Shown one piece after another: positions 8,848-16,497 of a stretch of 20,000 bases of DNA. Under the pieces are notes generated by a model. It had not been told where the DNA came from and did no database searches. It saw only the letters and a list, made by a program, of their open reading frames with translations. The translations under genes and the position numbers were made by a program. The stretch lies in the sequence record DRR723986_8739; one strand, 5' to 3'. Each line of letters starts with the position of its first letter. Position 1 is the first letter of the stretch.

Positions 8848-10122
8848 ATGCTTTTAGTTAATCAGATTCGTGAAAACTTCGCCGGCGTACTTGCCGGTCT
8901 ACAAAAGAGAAATTTCCCAAATGCAGAGGCTGTCTTAAATCAGGCAGTGGCTCTTGATGAATTGAGAAAATCCACTCAGTCGGAGCGTGATCAGATTCAA
9001 AGTGAATCAAATGCTATTTCAAAAGAAATCGGAACGCTTATGCGTGAGGGAAGAGCCGAAGAAGCAGTCAAGATTAAAGAGAAAACGGCTGAGCTGAAAA
9101 TTCAAGTGAAGGATCTTGAAGAGCAAAATTCGAAAGCAGAAGCAGATTTAATAGCCTTACTTTATACTATCCCTAATGTGCCACATATTTCTGTTCCTGC
9201 AGGGAAATCTGCTGAGGACAATGAAGTAGTCTTGGAGAATGGCGCTATTCCTACGCTGTATGAAGGCAAGCTTCCTCACTGGGACTTGATCAAAAAATAC
9301 GATATCATCGATTTTGATCTGGGCAATAAAATTTCTGGTGCTGGATTTCCAGTATATAAAGGAAAAGGGGCTAGGCTGCAGCGAGCTTTGATTAATTTCT
9401 TCTTGGATGAAGCACTCGAGCAAGGATATTACGAAATCCAACCGCCAATTTTGGTAAATGAAGACTCAGGCTATGGAACTGGTCAACTTCCAGATAAGGA
9501 GGGGCAAATGTATTATGCAGGTGCTGATAACTTGTATTTGATTCCAACTGGTGAGGTTCCAATCACCAATATTTACCGTGATGTGATTCTTTCTGAAAGT
9601 GATCTGCCTATCAAAAACGTGGGACATTCTCCATGTTTCCGTAGAGAAGCAGGAAGCTGGGGCGCTCATGTGAGAGGATTGAATAGACTTCACCAATTTG
9701 ACAAAGTGGAGATCGTGCAGATAACCCATCCTGATAAATCCTATGAGACATTAGAAAGCATGAGCACTTATGTGCAAGGACTATTGCAAAAGCTGGAATT
9801 ACCTTACCGTGTTTTGAGACTTTGTGGAGGTGATATGGGCTTTACGTCTGCGCTGACTTATGATATGGAGGTATTCTCTGCGGCACAGGAAAGATGGTTG
9901 GAAGTTAGTTCTGTTTCTAACTTCGAAACCTATCAGTCGAATCGCCTGAAATTGAGATTCCGTGGTGAAGATAAAAAAATCCAATTAGCTCATTCACTGA
10001 ATGGGAGTGCATTGGCATTGCCTAGAATAGTAGCTTCCATCTTGGAAAACAATCAAACTCCAGAAGGTATCATGATGCCAAAGGTGCTTCAGCCTTATTT
10101 AGGATTTGATAGGATCTCCTAA
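8848..10122 (+). CDS. serS: Serine--tRNA ligase
   Basis: N-terminal coiled-coil arm, GTGQLP, LIPTGEVP, motif 2 CFRREAGSWG...GLNRLHQFDKVE, EVSSVSN and motif 3 LNGSALALPR. Confidence 0.97.
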   Translation: MLLVNQIRENFAGVLAGLQKRNFPNAEAVLNQAVALDELRKSTQSERDQIQSESNAISKEIGTLMREGRAEEAVKIKEKTAELKIQVKDLEEQNSKAEADLIALLYTIPNVPHISVPAGKSAEDNEVVLENGAIPTLYEGKLPHWDLIKKYDIIDFDLGNKISGAGFPVYKGKGARLQRALINFFLDEALEQGYYEIQPPILVNEDSGYGTGQLPDKEGQMYYAGADNLYLIPTGEVPITNIYRDVILSESDLPIKNVGHSPCFRREAGSWGAHVRGLNRLHQFDKVEIVQITHPDKSYETLESMSTYVQGLLQKLELPYRVLRLCGGDMGFTSALTYDMEVFSAAQERWLEVSSVSNFETYQSNRLKLRFRGEDKKIQLAHSLNGSALALPRIVASILENNQTPEGIMMPKVLQPYLGFDRIS

Positions 10123-10140
10123 TGGATAGACCCTACTTAT

Positions 10141-10171
10141 AGCGTGAAGATTACTTCTTCACGCTTTTTTT
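10141..10171 (+). terminator. Intrinsic terminator of serS
   Basis: 10-bp stem AGCGTGAAGA / TCTTCACGCT with a 5-nt loop, followed by a T run, between the convergent serS and DUF3037 genes. Confidence 0.85.
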
Positions 10172-10199
10172 GTTACCCTCTTAAGCCTTGATTCTTTCC

Positions 10200-10583
10200 T
10201 TACCCTACATTTTCCTCAAAAAGGCATTCCAAAGTTTTCTCCAAGTCCTCGGCAGTTCCAGAATGGGGCCGTGAAGTTTGGATAATGGAGCTTCTTACAG
10301 CAGTTAGCCATCTAAACCTAGAGGCTAAATCCATGGATGCAATATTACCCCCTGCTTCTGAACCAGTGCATATTTTTTCAAATGAGGCCAAATTAAGTGC
10401 AATCATTTCAACATCAGCATGAGGATCCAGCATCAATAATTTTTGAGTGTTCAAATGTATCTTACAGGCAAGGAAATTTCTTTTCCAATGGCAGATCACT
10501 ACACCAACATTGATGAATTCCTCCCTTTCCACCCGTGGCACTACACGGATGATCGCGTATTCATATAAGTGCTGTTCTTGCAT
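10200..10583 (-). CDS. DUF3037-family protein (partner of the HipA-like kinase)
   Basis: Family-typical YEYAIIRVVPRVEREEFINVGV N-terminus and RFRWLTAVRSSIIQTSRPHSG. Start overlaps the kinase 3' end by 23 nt. Confidence 0.85.
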   Translation of the reverse strand: MQEQHLYEYAIIRVVPRVEREEFINVGVVICHWKRNFLACKIHLNTQKLLMLDPHADVEMIALNLASFEKICTGSEAGGNIASMDLASRFRWLTAVRSSIIQTSRPHSGTAEDLEKTLECLFEENVG

Positions 10584-11355
10584 CTTGAGCTTCTTTTATG
10601 AATTGATCAGAATAGGAAAGGCGAAGATTCAAAAAGTCTTGGTAAACCTTTCTCACTTCATCTGCATGCTCAGAATCGCCACCCGCTAGTAGCCATTCTT
10701 CTGGAATAGTATTTACAATTGCGCTGATTTTCTCTGGGGTCAAAACCTTTTTAAAAGTTGCATTTACAGTTTCTAGTTCTGAAGCCGCTGGAAGCAACAC
10801 ATGATTTTTAATTATAGGAAAAGGGCTTTCCGCATTTTTCTTCCAATTCACCCATGCATGTTGAAATAAGAAAGAAGCCCCATGATCGATTAACCAAAGC
10901 TCTCGATTCCAAATTAGCATGTTTGTGTTTCTAAAAGTCCGATCCACATTCGTGATGAACATGTCCAGCCAGACTATTTGCGAAGCTAGAAGAGGATCTG
11001 TATTCATGGCCACGGGATCGTAGTTGATCGCTCCAGATAAGAAATGCAGGGCTAGGTTAAGGCCTTGGCTACCTTTGAGCAGGTCTTGAATTTCTTCGTC
11101 TCCCTCAGATCTACCAAATGCTGGATCAAGGTTGGCGAAGACTAATTCCGGGACTTTCAAACTTAAAGCTCTGGCAATTTCCCCGCCCAGTAGTTCGGCG
11201 ATGAGTGCTTTTTCTCGCTGACCAGCTCCTCGGAATTTGAGTACATATTTAAACCCATCATCTGCATCAGCAAGAGCAGGCAGTGATCCTCCTTCTCGTA
11301 GGGGGAGAATATACCGGGTTACATTTACGTTGCGTAAACTTAATTTTTGATCCAT
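10561..11355 (-). CDS. HipA-like (PI3/4-kinase-fold) protein kinase, HipA_2 type
   Basis: Gly-rich loop LREGGSLP, catalytic Lys YVLKF, alphaC Glu LIAELL, catalytic loop NVDRTFRNTNML and Mg-binding LIDHG. Start placed at ATG 11355 (MDQKLSLR, 264 aa), because the ORF-track TTG at 11388 falls inside a promoter box. Confidence 0.85.
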   Translation of the reverse strand: MDQKLSLRNVNVTRYILPLREGGSLPALADADDGFKYVLKFRGAGQREKALIAELLGGEIARALSLKVPELVFANLDPAFGRSEGDEEIQDLLKGSQGLNLALHFLSGAINYDPVAMNTDPLLASQIVWLDMFITNVDRTFRNTNMLIWNRELWLIDHGASFLFQHAWVNWKKNAESPFPIIKNHVLLPAASELETVNATFKKVLTPEKISAIVNTIPEEWLLAGGDSEHADEVRKVYQDFLNLRLSYSDQFIKEAQDARTALI

Positions 11356-11385
11356 TTGATACTTATAATGCAAGCCTTGATTGTC

Positions 11386-11393
11386 CAAAGTTA
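11386..11393 (-). promoter_or_regulatory. Bacteroidota -7 box (TAACTTTG) for the kinase-DUF3037 pair
   Basis: Plus-strand CAAAGTTA reads TAACTTTG on the minus strand. It lies 30 nt upstream of ATG 11355, in the gap after the bestrophin stop. No clear -33 TTTG. Confidence 0.6.
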
Positions 11394-11404
11394 AAGAATC
11401 TGAT

Positions 11405-12286
11405 TTAGATCAGTTCTTCTACATGCTTTTGGATGTTTGAAGATAATTTCCCCATAGGTAGGTCATTGGCATCGGTGCCAAAAGGCTCTTCGATTTCTTC
11501 GGCTATCAATTCTAAACTGGCTAATACGTAAAATATAAAAGTCACGATCGGGGCAGCATAATATCCTAGTGAAAATACATATCCAAGAGGCAAAGTGACT
11601 ACATAAGCCAAAATGAATTTCTTAATAAAAGAGCTGTAAGAGTAGGGAATTGGTGTGTTTTTGATTCGTTCACATGCACCGCATATATCTGTGAATGACA
11701 TTAACTCCTGGTTCAAAACGATCAATTGATCGCCTGTAATTATTTTGGCTTTATACAGATCATTCACCTTAGCAAACATCAATTTAGCGACTTGGTTGGG
11801 AACATGTTTTTCTGGATCGATCTCGGGTTTTATATCCTCATCTTCCTTGTCATCCAGCATATAAAGTGTCACTTTGGATTGCAAATGTTCCTTTAGGGCG
11901 AAAGCATAAATGGGAATTGTTCTCCTGAAAAATTTTCTGGATTCTTCGTCAGAATTATCAAGCATTCCGGCCAGCTTTAGGGCTAGATTTCGGCTATTGT
12001 TTACCAATTGCCCCCATAGTTTCCTGCCTTCCCACCATCTGTCATATGCAGTATTCGTTCGGAAGACCAATAACATGGAAATCACAAAGCTCAGTAAACT
12101 GTGCATGATTGGGATATTTTTCACCCAACTGTTTTCGCTAATCTTTAAATAGTCAATTTCCAGCCAAGCCATTCCTATGGAATAAGCAAAAATCAGGAGC
12201 ATAAAAGGGCCTAACTTGACTAAGGTGTCAGACTTTTGAATAAAAAATAAAACTTTAAACCATTCCTTTGGATTATATCCTTTCAT
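11405..12286 (-). CDS. Bacterial bestrophin-family ion channel (YneE/VCCN-like)
   Basis: Motifs LLVFRTNTAYDRWWEGRKLWG, CERIKNTPIPYSY and EEIEEPFGTDANDLP, with hydrophobic helices. Confidence 0.9.
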   Translation of the reverse strand: MKGYNPKEWFKVLFFIQKSDTLVKLGPFMLLIFAYSIGMAWLEIDYLKISENSWVKNIPIMHSLLSFVISMLLVFRTNTAYDRWWEGRKLWGQLVNNSRNLALKLAGMLDNSDEESRKFFRRTIPIYAFALKEHLQSKVTLYMLDDKEDEDIKPEIDPEKHVPNQVAKLMFAKVNDLYKAKIITGDQLIVLNQELMSFTDICGACERIKNTPIPYSYSSFIKKFILAYVVTLPLGYVFSLGYYAAPIVTFIFYVLASLELIAEEIEEPFGTDANDLPMGKLSSNIQKHVEELI

Positions 12287-12362
12287 GTTGTTAGCAAAAG
12301 TGTTTTGAATGAGTTAGAAGAAAAGTGACAATTTACTGAGGCCTATTACAGCACGTGATAGT

Positions 12363-12968
12363 CTATTTGTTGGTAAGGAGATGCTGATGTATTTTTAAAA
12401 CCTGTGGGATGAGCAACTTATTGTCTGTGTTCTTGATCACAAAATCAGCTAGTTCATTTTTCTGCTCATCTGGAAGTTGCTGGTTGATTATCTGGTTTAC
12501 CTGCTCTTCCTTACGAAATGGATCACGCATCAATATTCTGGCAATACGGACTTTCAAGGGAGAACTAACATTGATGACTTTATCTAGCGTTTTTTCACCT
12601 CCAGTTTCAAAGATTAATGCAGCTTCTTTTAAGACATAAGGGGCATGTTGCTGCTCTGTCCAAGCAAAAAAATCTTTTCCAACGGCCGGATGTACCAGCG
12701 CATTAATCATTTTAACCTTCTCCGGGTCTGAAAAGACTTCATTAGCTAAGAAAGTTCTATTTAAGCTACCGTCAGCGGAGAAGGATTCTGGCCCAAAGGC
12801 ATTGGTAAGCTGCCTCTTCAATTCCTCATCATTTCCCATAAGCCACTTTGCTCGATCATCAGCTGAATAAATGGGAATTCCTAGTATAGAAAAAATCTTT
12901 GCAACAGTAGATTTTCCTGAGCCAATTCCACCAGTTATACCGACTAAGATGGGAGAGGTGTTACTCAT
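12363..12968 (-). CDS. coaE: Dephospho-CoA kinase
   Basis: VGITGGIGSGKSTV P-loop, ADDRAK, LNRTFLANEVF, ALVHPAV and EAALIFE. Confidence 0.96.
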   Translation of the reverse strand: MSNTSPILVGITGGIGSGKSTVAKIFSILGIPIYSADDRAKWLMGNDEELKRQLTNAFGPESFSADGSLNRTFLANEVFSDPEKVKMINALVHPAVGKDFFAWTEQQHAPYVLKEAALIFETGGEKTLDKVINVSSPLKVRIARILMRDPFRKEEQVNQIINQQLPDEQKNELADFVIKNTDNKLLIPQVLKIHQHLLTNK

Positions 12969-13923
12969 ACTTTAATTTTAAGATTTCTGGTTGAGCTACA
13001 ACTTGTTCGAGGTAGTCAGGCATTGGTTTTACCTGTACGGTGATAGTACTGTCCTCTTTATTCCTTTTGTAATAATCTAAAATTGCTTCGAATTCTAAGT
13101 CTTTTAATTCGGATGATTTACGTTCATCCACCAAATATGAAATCATGATTACGACTTCTTCATTTTGTAAAGAAACCGACTTTGGGAAGTTTAATTTTTT
13201 AATTTTTAGCCGCTTATTTCCTTCAAGGAATTCAACAACGTCAAATTTAACCTGGATATTTTCGACTTCAAGCGTCACATGATTTCCAAGATTTTCAGGG
13301 ATAGTAAGCGCTATTTCTTTATCAATTGACTTGTTAATACGGTTTTCCTCCAGATTAACTGGAAAACTTTTTAAACTGTCTAAAAGTGAGCTAGGCCCTT
13401 TGAGTGTAATGGTGCTTGGATTAAAAGTAACTGGTCCGATTGCTCTATAGTTTTTACTCATAGAAAAACCTGCCGAATCCAAGACAGGATTGAGTTTGAC
13501 TGTTTTGATTTTATCAATTTTAAATGTTAATGAATCCTGAAGGACAGAATTAAGCTGAGTTGGAGAAAGGAACTCCCCTAGAGACCTTTTAAGGTCGGCG
13601 GTAAGAATGTAATTCTTTGAGGCTGGATTTGATAGCTCTACAGGATAAGAGTCGCTGTTAAAGTTGAAATATTTCCTTAGTAGGTCCCAGCCGTTTCCGG
13701 ATATTTCTATTTCCAAAGTTTTTGGGAGACTGGCGACAGCTACATACTGATCTTTGTCGTAAACTAATTCAATTGGAAAATCGACAATAGTATTATAATC
13801 GTCCTTATTGAGGGCGTTTAAAATCCAAAAAGTGGTAGCTGCTGCGATGCAGAGGACTACCACTTTCAGATTAGAGAGTTTTTTTGGAGAAATCCTTTTT
13901 GAGGATTTTTTAGTTTCCGGCAA
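12961..13923 (-). CDS. YbbR/CdaR-like domain membrane-anchored protein
   Basis: Basic N-terminus, one TM helix (VVVLCIAAATTFWILNAL), and YbbR-like beta segments (EISGNGWDLL; PSTITLKGPSSLL). Conserved position between yajC and coaE. TTG start; overlaps coaE by 8 nt. Confidence 0.7.
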   Translation of the reverse strand: MPETKKSSKRISPKKLSNLKVVVLCIAAATTFWILNALNKDDYNTIVDFPIELVYDKDQYVAVASLPKTLEIEISGNGWDLLRKYFNFNSDSYPVELSNPASKNYILTADLKRSLGEFLSPTQLNSVLQDSLTFKIDKIKTVKLNPVLDSAGFSMSKNYRAIGPVTFNPSTITLKGPSSLLDSLKSFPVNLEENRINKSIDKEIALTIPENLGNHVTLEVENIQVKFDVVEFLEGNKRLKIKKLNFPKSVSLQNEEVVIMISYLVDERKSSELKDLEFEAILDYYKRNKEDSTITVQVKPMPDYLEQVVAQPEILKLKYE

Positions 13924-13931
13924 AATTCAAT

Positions 13932-14249
13932 TTATTTTTTTGTTTCAGTCTTCTTTGAGAAATCTAGAGAAATAGCAGATTTTTCAACTTTGACCTTCAT
14001 GCCTCTGTCAAGTTCAAGGATAACTGTGTCGCCTTCAACTGAGCTTACTTTTCCGTGAAGTCCGCCGATTGTTACTACTTCGTCGCCCTTTTTGATTTCT
14101 TCAATGAATTTTTTGCTTTCCTTTTGTTTTTTTTGCTGTGGTCTGATCATGAAGAAATACATAATCAGGATAATAGAACCGAAAAGGAAAACTTGTCCTA
14201 AAATTCCGCTACCACCTGCGGCAGCCTGGGCTAGTACTGTAGAAATCAT
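13932..14249 (-). CDS. yajC: Preprotein translocase subunit YajC
   Basis: YFFMIRPQQKKQK and KKGDEVVTIGGLHGKV. Confidence 0.95.
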   Translation of the reverse strand: MISTVLAQAAAGGSGILGQVFLFGSIILIMYFFMIRPQQKKQKESKKFIEEIKKGDEVVTIGGLHGKVSSVEGDTVILELDRGMKVKVEKSAISLDFSKKTETKK

Positions 14250-14251
14250 AA

Positions 14252-14794
14252 TTATCGTTTAACTGGGCCTACTGGAGTAGCTGCGCCTGCAATTTTTGGT
14301 GTAACTGTACCTTTCAATCTTAATCTGGTTACAGCCGGGTTAGTGTTTGCTTGAATACTTACTGTAGGAGCTTGTGCGCCTGATTTAGAAGTTGAGTTGA
14401 AAACTACCTTCACAAATCCTTCATCTCCTGGCTTAACAGGTGCCTTAGACCAATCTGGGCTAGTACATCCGCATGAAGCAGTGATGTTAGAAATAACCAA
14501 TGGAGCTTGTCCATTATTTGTGAATTTAAAGATATGTTCGACGACTTGACCTTCATTAATAGCGCCAAAATCATACTCCTCTTCTGGAAATGCAAAAGCA
14601 CCTAGAGTAGATGGATCAGCAACAGTCGCTGCTTGCGCATTCACTGGAGTAACTGTAGGGCTACTTGTTTCTAATTGAGCGATTTTTTGTTCAAGTGCAG
14701 CAATCTTTGCGTCTTGATCGCTTTTTGGGTTACATGAAGTTCCCAAAGCAAGCATGACGGAAAATACCGCCATATTCATTACGTTGATTTTCAT
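14252..14794 (-). CDS. DUF1573 (Ig-like, CGC motif) lipoprotein
   Basis: Lipobox LGTSC; YDFGAINEG, FKFTNNGQAPLVI and ASCGCTSP. Confidence 0.85.
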   Translation of the reverse strand: MKINVMNMAVFSVMLALGTSCNPKSDQDAKIAALEQKIAQLETSSPTVTPVNAQAATVADPSTLGAFAFPEEEYDFGAINEGQVVEHIFKFTNNGQAPLVISNITASCGCTSPDWSKAPVKPGDEGFVKVVFNSTSKSGAQAPTVSIQANTNPAVTRLRLKGTVTPKIAGAATPVGPVKR

Positions 14795-14887
14795 CTGTTT
14801 ATGTTTTTTTTAGTGGTCAAATGGAATCGTGCATTTCAGTTTTCTTTCTTCAATAGAAATGACACTGTACGCTCGATTTCATTCCGA

Positions 14888-15190
14888 TTAGTTGTTTCCT
14901 TGATTGATTTGATCTATTAATTTATTCACATCGCTAAGAAGGTTCTCAGCTTTGTTTTTCGCTTCGGATATTACTCTTTTTCCTTCGGTTTTAGCTTCGT
15001 TAAGGTGCATTTCCTTTCCGTCTACCAAATCGTCGATTAATTCTTCTAACTCCTTCTTATATTTTGAGAGTTTAAAAGAAAGTCGATCACGGGTATTTGT
15101 ACCAGCATCCGGTGCAAAAAGTACTCCAACTGCTGCGCCTACGCCTGCGCCTATTAGGAATGCGATGAGTGAATTACTGCTCTTGCTCAT
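14888..15190 (-). CDS. YtxH-domain protein
   Basis: AFLIGAGVGAAVGVLFAPDAGTNTRDRL followed by an amphipathic helical tail. Confidence 0.88.
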   Translation of the reverse strand: MSKSSNSLIAFLIGAGVGAAVGVLFAPDAGTNTRDRLSFKLSKYKKELEELIDDLVDGKEMHLNEAKTEGKRVISEAKNKAENLLSDVNKLIDQINQGNN

Positions 15191-15197
15191 AGTTAAA

Positions 15198-16382
15198 TTA
15201 TTTATTGTCTAAAAGTCCTCTACCGCTCTTACGGATTTCTCCGCTTTCGGTTAACTCTTTTGCCATCACATCTAGCAAACCATTAACAAATTGCTTGCTT
15301 TTAGGTGTACTATACGTTTTTGAAATATCGATATACTCGTTTATACTTACTTTAACGGGAATACTAGGGAAGTTTTTCATTTCCGCTATTGCCATCGAAA
15401 TAATTACTTTATCAGTGAAAGCAAGTCTATCAATGTCCCAGTTTTTTGTTTTTTGAGTAATGAGGGCCTTACTGTTTACATCATTTTCAATGGTGAAGTT
15501 AAAGATATTTTGAAAAAACTCCTTATCCTCGTCCCAGTTCATCGCGATCTCAGGCATTTGGCTTTCATTTTCCTCATTGAGATTAGCCGCATTTTTCAAG
15601 ACCTTGGAAGCTAAGCTTCTAACAACTGATTTGTCTTCTGTCCAGTTTAGATCTTTTTCAGAGAAGAAATTTAAGATCACTTCATTTTTGAATAGTACTT
15701 TCTTCAAAAGATCGTCAACTAGCTCAAAATCTTGAGTAACTGTTGGGTTTTCCAATTGCAAGTAAGTCTGATAAAATTCAGACGGCTTTATATAGTCTCT
15801 AAACCATTCTCTGATTTCAAGTTCTATATCATCCAGGTTAACATTGTTTCTTGCCACCGCAGCCTTGTAAGAATCTGATTCTCGAAGAGAGGCAAGAACG
15901 GTATTGTTCGGAAAATTCAGTTCGTTTCCAAATCCAACTGGATTGTTTGAAGCAAATTTTTTCTTCTTTTCAATTTCTTTTTCTACGTGCTTAGCAAATG
16001 CCTGTAAAAGCTCAATTGCTAATAAATAAAGCTGTGGAATTCGTTCTGCAGAAACCACCATATTTTTCAACAAAAACTGGTGATCCTTTTCGTTTGCTTC
16101 ATGATACTTTTTCAAAGCATCTAAAACAACCTGTTTGACTTTTCTATTTGCCTCGCTGGATTTTAGTAGATCTTTTGAAGTGAGATTCTCTTCAAACAGC
16201 TTAATTGCTTCCTCAGCTTCTTTGTTAAGTGCAGTTTTATCCTGGACTTCCATACTGTTCAGATCCGGCATGAACGAGGCTCGGATAAAATCTTTTGACA
16301 GGTTTAGGTTAGAACCTTTGCACTGCTCGTATGCATATAGGTTTTGGAAAGCCTTTACTCTGAGTATTCTTCTGTTTAGCAT
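15198..16382 (-). CDS. nusB: Transcription antitermination factor NusB (long Bacteroidota form)
   Basis: N-terminal RRILRVKAFQNLYAY and C-terminal NWDIDRLAFTDK...IPVKVSINEYIDISKTYSTPKSKQFVNGLLD. Confidence 0.92.
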   Translation of the reverse strand: MLNRRILRVKAFQNLYAYEQCKGSNLNLSKDFIRASFMPDLNSMEVQDKTALNKEAEEAIKLFEENLTSKDLLKSSEANRKVKQVVLDALKKYHEANEKDHQFLLKNMVVSAERIPQLYLLAIELLQAFAKHVEKEIEKKKKFASNNPVGFGNELNFPNNTVLASLRESDSYKAAVARNNVNLDDIELEIREWFRDYIKPSEFYQTYLQLENPTVTQDFELVDDLLKKVLFKNEVILNFFSEKDLNWTEDKSVVRSLASKVLKNAANLNEENESQMPEIAMNWDEDKEFFQNIFNFTIENDVNSKALITQKTKNWDIDRLAFTDKVIISMAIAEMKNFPSIPVKVSINEYIDISKTYSTPKSKQFVNGLLDVMAKELTESGEIRKSGRGLLDNK

Positions 16383-16399
16383 GTCTTCGAAATGAGTTG

Positions 16400-16407
16400 C
16401 AAATATA
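16400..16407 (-). promoter_or_regulatory. Bacteroidota -7 box (TATATTTG) for the nusB operon
   Basis: Plus-strand CAAATATA reads TATATTTG on the minus strand, 17 nt upstream of the nusB ATG and downstream of the dehydrogenase terminator. Confidence 0.65.
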
Positions 16408-16444
16408 GGTAATTTGAGGTGCCTATCATCTAGGTATATGAGAC

Positions 16445-16478
16445 AAAAAAACCACCGGAAGCCATTTCCGGTGGTTTT
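16445..16478 (-). terminator. Intrinsic terminator of the amino-acid dehydrogenase gene
   Basis: Stem AAAACCACCGGAA / TTCCGGTGGTTTT with a 5-nt loop. The A7 run at 16445-16451 gives a U tract on the minus strand. Confidence 0.85.
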
Positions 16479-16497
16479 GATGTTGGAGTTTGTAATC

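Noticed and set aside
11205-11240. Kinase segment GAGQREK resembling the E. coli HipA autophosphorylation loop (SVAGAQEK)
   Set aside because: It lies after the catalytic Lys rather than before it. The equivalent loop is more likely EGGSLP, so the resemblance is probably coincidental.
11356-11388. TTG start for the kinase at 11388
   Set aside because: The TTG is part of the TAACTTTG promoter box. ATG 11355 gives a more plausible N-terminus.
10123-12362. Mobile element or genomic island around the kinase block
   Set aside because: No integrase, transposase, tRNA, terminal repeats or obvious compositional shift is visible.
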